A program made the position numbers and the translations under genes. A stretch of DNA of 60,837 nucleotides, counting the filler, from Dirinaria sp. TL-2023a (taxonomy: Eukaryota), in NCBI GenBank assembly GCA_051941275.1. It is 8 parts of 8 records of this genome, joined end to end, with 100 filler letters (N's around TTAATTAATTAA, not from the genome) between each part and the next. Parts side by side here need not be neighbours in the genome. Positions count along the whole stretch, not along the records: positions 53,343 to 60,837 come from JAVEBF010001305.1; 7 more parts are not named here. One strand, written 5' to 3'. Below are positions 60,786 to 60,837 of the stretch, piece after piece (the stretch's first letter is position 1; every line of letters starts with the position of its first letter). The notes beneath the pieces are model-generated. The model was not told the DNA's origin. It was given only the letters and a program-made list of their open reading frames with translations, and ran no database searches.

Positions 60786-60837
60786 GGAGGGATGATTCAT
60801 CGTTCTATCGATACGTGGATGGAGAGAGGGGTTGCAG

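Noticed and set aside
1..60837. tRNA, rRNA, CRISPR arrays, TPP riboswitch, intact transposase or reverse transcriptase genes
   Set aside because: None was recognisable by eye. The GTTCGA hits lie in coding or UTR context without cloverleaf stems.

Overview
This is eukaryotic DNA from a filamentous ascomycete (Pezizomycotina). It has short GT-AG introns with CTRAY branch points, and the gene set is typical of fungi. It is not one continuous locus: seven artificial 100-nt spacers (N44-TTAATTAATTAA-N44) join eight contigs of 7546, 7538, 7532, 7518, 7510, 7501, 7497 and 7495 nt, which are sorted by size, so adjacency across a spacer means nothing. Supported genes, mostly spliced: a secreted FAD-linked oxidoreductase, a PTH11/SAT4-like membrane protein, a short kinesin-3, UTP17/NAN1, RPB10, a PXA1-type peroxisomal ABC half-transporter, phospholipase D, cyanase, cullin-1, a cupin, SRF1, a YBP1/DUF1760 protein, an amino-acid/GABA permease, a C2H2 zinc-finger protein, PRP5, a mitochondrial HMG-box protein, a 74-aa Tyr/Asn/Gly/Ser-rich protein absent from the ORF track, a heme-oxygenase-like 5' fragment, a Lys-rich protein, an APH-like kinase, a cytochrome P450, a MARCH5-like 3' fragment, ILV2, GAL1 and a small single-TM protein. 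The most notable observations are: (1) a ~770-nt island with no GG and very few CC dinucleotides but intact CpA/CpG, bracketed by short tandem arrays, suggesting a RIP-like defence with non-canonical CpC specificity; (2) a cyanase with an in-frame upstream mitochondrial-type presequence, a GC-AG intron and a PTS1-like C-terminus; (3) a 162-nt in-frame, stop-free intron in PLD; (4) the unannotated 74-aa microprotein; (5) recurring TAAGGTA/TACCTTA palindromes between genes; (6) strong C-to-G strand-skew switches that appear to distort proteins near contig ends. All calls come from reading the sequence and recalled family motifs; no database searches were run.
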